Positions 60,801 to 64,000 of a stretch of DNA of 64,000 nt are shown one piece after another (the stretch's first letter is position 1; each line of letters opens with the position of its first letter). The translations under genes were made by a program, and so were the position numbers. This DNA comes from Nitrospirota bacterium (lineage in GTDB: Bacteria > Nitrospirota > Thermodesulfovibrionia > Thermodesulfovibrionales > Dissulfurispiraceae). The stretch is taken from assembly GCA_963790025.1 (NCBI GenBank), contig CAWBMP010000002.1, positions 352,001 to 416,000 on the forward strand. Reading direction: 5' to 3'. The notes under the pieces are model-generated. The model made no database searches, had not been told where the DNA came from, and saw only the letters and a list, made by a program, of their open reading frames with translations.

Positions 60801-61256
60801 TTAGTCTTTTCCCTTCGTAATGTCGTTTTGTTTTTGTTTTTTAGTAAAATCCACTTTGATGACATTGCCAGAGGGTGCGGAAGGGCCCTTGGTGTCGACT
60901 GAACTCTCGATACGGAGGTCCTGAGTCTTACCTGACACGGGTGACACAATGAATTGTGCACCGAGTTCGGGAGAATAGATGGCAGAGATATCATCTAACG
61001 GAATAAAACATTTCTGGGGAGAGGTGCCGAAGACAAGAGTGCCTGTAATACCGTATTCATCCCACTGGAAGTTCATCCTGGAGTTAAGTACAAGGATAAT
61101 ACCGTTTTCTTTTTCCTCCGCGGTAAAGCCACGGTTCCCGAGGACAGCATGCTCGGAATACCTGACTAGCATGAATACTCTGCCTGCGAGATTCAACAAT
61201 TCATAAAAAACATGTTTTTTCAGGCCGTTCACACTAGCCGCTGTCTCCGGGTTCAT
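60801..61256 (-). CDS. SspB-like ClpXP adaptor
   Basis: GITGTLVFG..CFIP..ISAIY and a C-terminal NVIKVDF tail. Confidence 0.65.
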   Translation of the reverse strand: MNPETAASVNGLKKHVFYELLNLAGRVFMLVRYSEHAVLGNRGFTAEEKENGIILVLNSRMNFQWDEYGITGTLVFGTSPQKCFIPLDDISAIYSPELGAQFIVSPVSGKTQDLRIESSVDTKGPSAPSGNVIKVDFTKKQKQNDITKGKD

Positions 61257-61310
61257 TACCGCCCCCCTCACTTCACATACCAACCGATAAAAGTATATCA
61301 TAATAAGGCC

Positions 61311-62222
61311 GTGAAAATTCCACCTTTCAGTGATGCTCATATGCATTTCATGCTTGAAGGAAAGCCGTTTACTGCCTTTGAGTTTTCAGGCATAAAAGAC
61401 GCTTATCTCAGTTGCGGGATTTTCTCTTTGAGCGATATGGGACACCAAAGCGGCATAGGCCTGCAGGCAAAGGCGCTTTTCAACTCTGACCCCAAAGGCA
61501 TAAAGGTCAAATCGGCCGGATATGCCATTTACAAGAAAGGGACCTATGGGTCCTTCCTCGGAAAAGGGGTTTCGGACACTTCAGAGATTAAGAGGGCCGT
61601 GGGTGAAATCGCGGACGCGGGCGCCGATTTTCTTAAAGTAATTAATTCCGGAATTGTTTCAGCAAAAGGACGAGGACTGGTAACCGAAGGAGGATTTTCT
61701 CCGGAGGAATTAAGGGTGCTTAACGAAGCCGGCAGGTCAAGAAATCTCAATATGGTCTGCCACGCCAATTCCGATGCGGCGGTGCAAAAAGCCCTTAGTG
61801 CCGGAGCGGTTTCGATTGAGCACGGCTATTTCGTGTCTTATGATACACTGGACAGAATGGCAGCAGAGAACATTGAATGGATACCGACAATATTTGCGCT
61901 CCTCAATCTTGCCGTACTATTTCCGGCTGCTGAACGGGCGCATATAGAAAAGATCGTTGAAGAACATCTTCTGTCAGTCAGTTATGCCGCCTCAGTCGGT
62001 GTGCCATTGCGTATAGGCACCGACAGCGGCTCGAAAGGGGTAGCGCATGGCAGTTCGTTTATTAATGAACTGGAATTATTCAGAAAAGCGGGATTGACTC
62101 CGCAGCAGATTCTTTCCGCAGCGTGCATGGATGAGAGTGAAATTGCGAAGGGCAATTTCATAGAAGTGACCAAGGACTTTAAGCTCAGTGCAGTATATAA
62201 AGAGGGAAAACAAATCATATAG
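61311..62222 (+). CDS. Amidohydrolase family protein
   Basis: DAHMH, GADFLKV, CHAN, SIEHG, GTDSG. Confidence 0.88.
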   Translation: MKIPPFSDAHMHFMLEGKPFTAFEFSGIKDAYLSCGIFSLSDMGHQSGIGLQAKALFNSDPKGIKVKSAGYAIYKKGTYGSFLGKGVSDTSEIKRAVGEIADAGADFLKVINSGIVSAKGRGLVTEGGFSPEELRVLNEAGRSRNLNMVCHANSDAAVQKALSAGAVSIEHGYFVSYDTLDRMAAENIEWIPTIFALLNLAVLFPAAERAHIEKIVEEHLLSVSYAASVGVPLRIGTDSGSKGVAHGSSFINELELFRKAGLTPQQILSAACMDESEIAKGNFIEVTKDFKLSAVYKEGKQII

Positions 62223-62270
62223 ATAGACTTCCCCTATTTAATTTGAAGGCGTCCGGGATCCTTTTTCAAA

Positions 62271-63062
62271 TCAATTGTGAGAGCGCAGATACATGATAAC
62301 CAGGCCTATCAGGAGCATGGAAAGGCTCAGGACCTGCCCCATAGTAAATATGCCTAAAACGTAACCGAGCTGCACATCCGGCTCCCTGAAGAACTCTACA
62401 AAAAATCTGAAGGCCCCATACAACACAACGAAGAGAGAGGCCAGCACCCCGCTTTTATAATTCTTCCTCCGCAAGGTCCATAACACAGTGAATAGTACCA
62501 CTCCCTCGAGAAAGAACTCGTAAAGCTGCGAGGGGTGGCGGGGATCAGGCCCCCCGGAGGGGAATACCATTGCCCAGGGCACATCGCTCACCCTGCCGTA
62601 CAACTCTCCGTTTATGAAATTGCCCAGTCTTCCAAGACCGAGCCCGATAGGAGCAGTAACAATAACAAGGTCTGCGGTGTGCCAGAAATCAAGCCTCAAT
62701 CTTTTGCAGAACAGGAATCCCGCGATAATGCTCCCGATAAGCCCGCCGTGGAAAGACATTCCCCCGTGCCATACGGCAAACGTTTCCAGGGGATGCTGCA
62801 GGTAAAAAGAAAGATTGTAAAATACTACATAGCCCAATCTGGCGCCCAGCAAAAGACCGAGGATGATATATGAATAGAGGGAATCTATATCCTGCGGCTC
62901 GAAAGCCCTGAAGGTCGTATGCGGCGAAGTGTCGTTTTTGATTTGATACTTAACAAGAAGATATGATGATGCAAACCCGACCAGATACATCATCCCGTAC
63001 CACCTGACAGCAAACGGTCCTACTCTTACAATTTCCGGGTTGATAACAGGATATGGGACCAC
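62271..63062 (-). CDS. lgt: Prolipoprotein diacylglyceryl transferase
   Basis: RWYG, GARLGY, GGMSFHGG, GRLGNFINGEL, RHPSQLYE. Confidence 0.98.
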   Translation of the reverse strand: MVPYPVINPEIVRVGPFAVRWYGMMYLVGFASSYLLVKYQIKNDTSPHTTFRAFEPQDIDSLYSYIILGLLLGARLGYVVFYNLSFYLQHPLETFAVWHGGMSFHGGLIGSIIAGFLFCKRLRLDFWHTADLVIVTAPIGLGLGRLGNFINGELYGRVSDVPWAMVFPSGGPDPRHPSQLYEFFLEGVVLFTVLWTLRRKNYKSGVLASLFVVLYGAFRFFVEFFREPDVQLGYVLGIFTMGQVLSLSMLLIGLVIMYLRSHN

Positions 63063-63097
63063 AAGTGAGCCTCCTCAAGTTAAACTGTTATCATACA

Positions 63098-64000
63098 TTA
63101 TCTTGCCCTCAAATTCACATATTTAGCACTATAGATGCCGTCTATCTTTTGCAATGCCTTAATTATATTGCCGCTTACAGGGTCATCTATATTTAGAATC
63201 ATTATGGATTCACCACCTGCCCGGGCACGGACTTTTCTGCCTACCTGCATCATGGATATATTAATGTTTTCTTTACTCAATAGCGTTGCAACTTGAGCAA
63301 CCATGCCGGGTCTGTCTATGTGAGGCAGAAACAGCATATGCTCCGCAGGCTCGATACTTGTGTAGTAGCCGTTAATTCCAAGTATTCTTGGGATGTCCCT
63401 GCCTATAACGGTCCCTGTCGTCCTGTTTGTTTCTTTATCAGTAGTTAGGACCACTTTTAATAAGCCCGTGTAACTTTCAGAATCTGTTGACGTCGATTTC
63501 TTAAAATGCAGTCCGCTTTTTTGGGCTAAACTGGGAGCGTTCACATAATTGACGCCTTCAACGCTGCACTCCAGGACCCCTTTAGTGACCGCTACCATCA
63601 ATGGAGATATTTCCATCCCTGCCAGTTCGCCGCAGGCGACTATTTCTATTTCCTGCGCTGCGCCGGCTGTAACTTGCCTCACGAGAGACCCAAGGTTTTC
63701 GGCAAGTGCCATATAATGCCTGACCGGTTCGAGTGTTTCAGGCTTCAGAAATGGAATATTAACGGCGCTTCTGGCCGGCAGTCCCTGCGCAATATCACGA
63801 ATCTGCTCGGCAACATCAACGGCAACATTGACCTGGGCTTCTTCTGTGCTGGCCCCCAGGTGCGGCGTAAGGACAACTTTATCCCCCAGCTTTAAAAGTG
63901 GAGACCCTTCGACCGGTTCTTTGTCGAAAACATCTATAGCAGCCATTTCAACCTGGCCGTTCAGTATTGCGTCGGCAAGGTCGGTTTCGTTAATTATTCC
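63098..64000 (-). CDS. serA: D-3-phosphoglycerate dehydrogenase, C-terminal part (5' end outside the window)
   Basis: AAIDVF..EP, TPHLGASTEEAQ, VNYVNA, DRPG ACT domain. Confidence 0.93.
   Translation of the reverse strand, partial: GIINETDLADAILNGQVEMAAIDVFDKEPVEGSPLLKLGDKVVLTPHLGASTEEAQVNVAVDVAEQIRDIAQGLPARSAVNIPFLKPETLEPVRHYMALAENLGSLVRQVTAGAAQEIEIVACGELAGMEISPLMVAVTKGVLECSVEGVNYVNAPSLAQKSGLHFKKSTSTDSESYTGLLKVVLTTDKETNRTTGTVIGRDIPRILGINGYYTSIEPAEHMLFLPHIDRPGMVAQVATLLSKENINISMMQVGRKVRARAGGESIMILNIDDPVSGNIIKALQKIDGIYSAKYVNLRAR

Overview
Bacterial chromosomal window. Gene content and protein style suggest an anaerobic Nitrospirota/Desulfobacterota-like organism (inference). 1-17.2 kb holds the str-S10-spc-alpha ribosomal superoperon on the minus strand; it lacks rpmD and adk and is punctuated by palindromes built from 6-8-nt microsatellite arms. 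17.4-36.5 kb holds housekeeping genes (nth, birA, coaX, USP, GG-reductase, rsmA, pyrE, rnhA, frameshifted U32 gene, Fsr MFS, Pat acetyltransferase), a receiver-pseudo-MCP protein, and a beta-propeller/CxxCH + ABC + NosL + TPR operon. 36.8-41.2 kb is pstSCAB-phoU. The most interesting region is 41.3-55 kb, an accessory island where six promoter regions carry the same 11-bp-periodic Pho-box-like array as pstS. It encodes OlsB/OlsA-like and GT21/GH1/PHP lipid-remodelling enzymes, four HMA_2 domains and three paralogous 4-Cys microproteins. It also has an operon DUF5132 - HMA_2 - 22-aa-repeat amphipathic protein - HMA_2-fused P2A ATPase - a MetK paralogue that keeps the ATP/triphosphate residues but has all four methionine-binding residues substituted. 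55-64 kb holds malQ, gltX, a Trm112-like gene, a histidine kinase, an SspB-like gene, an amidohydrolase, lgt and partial serA. No rRNA, tRNA, CRISPR array or intact IS was recognised.
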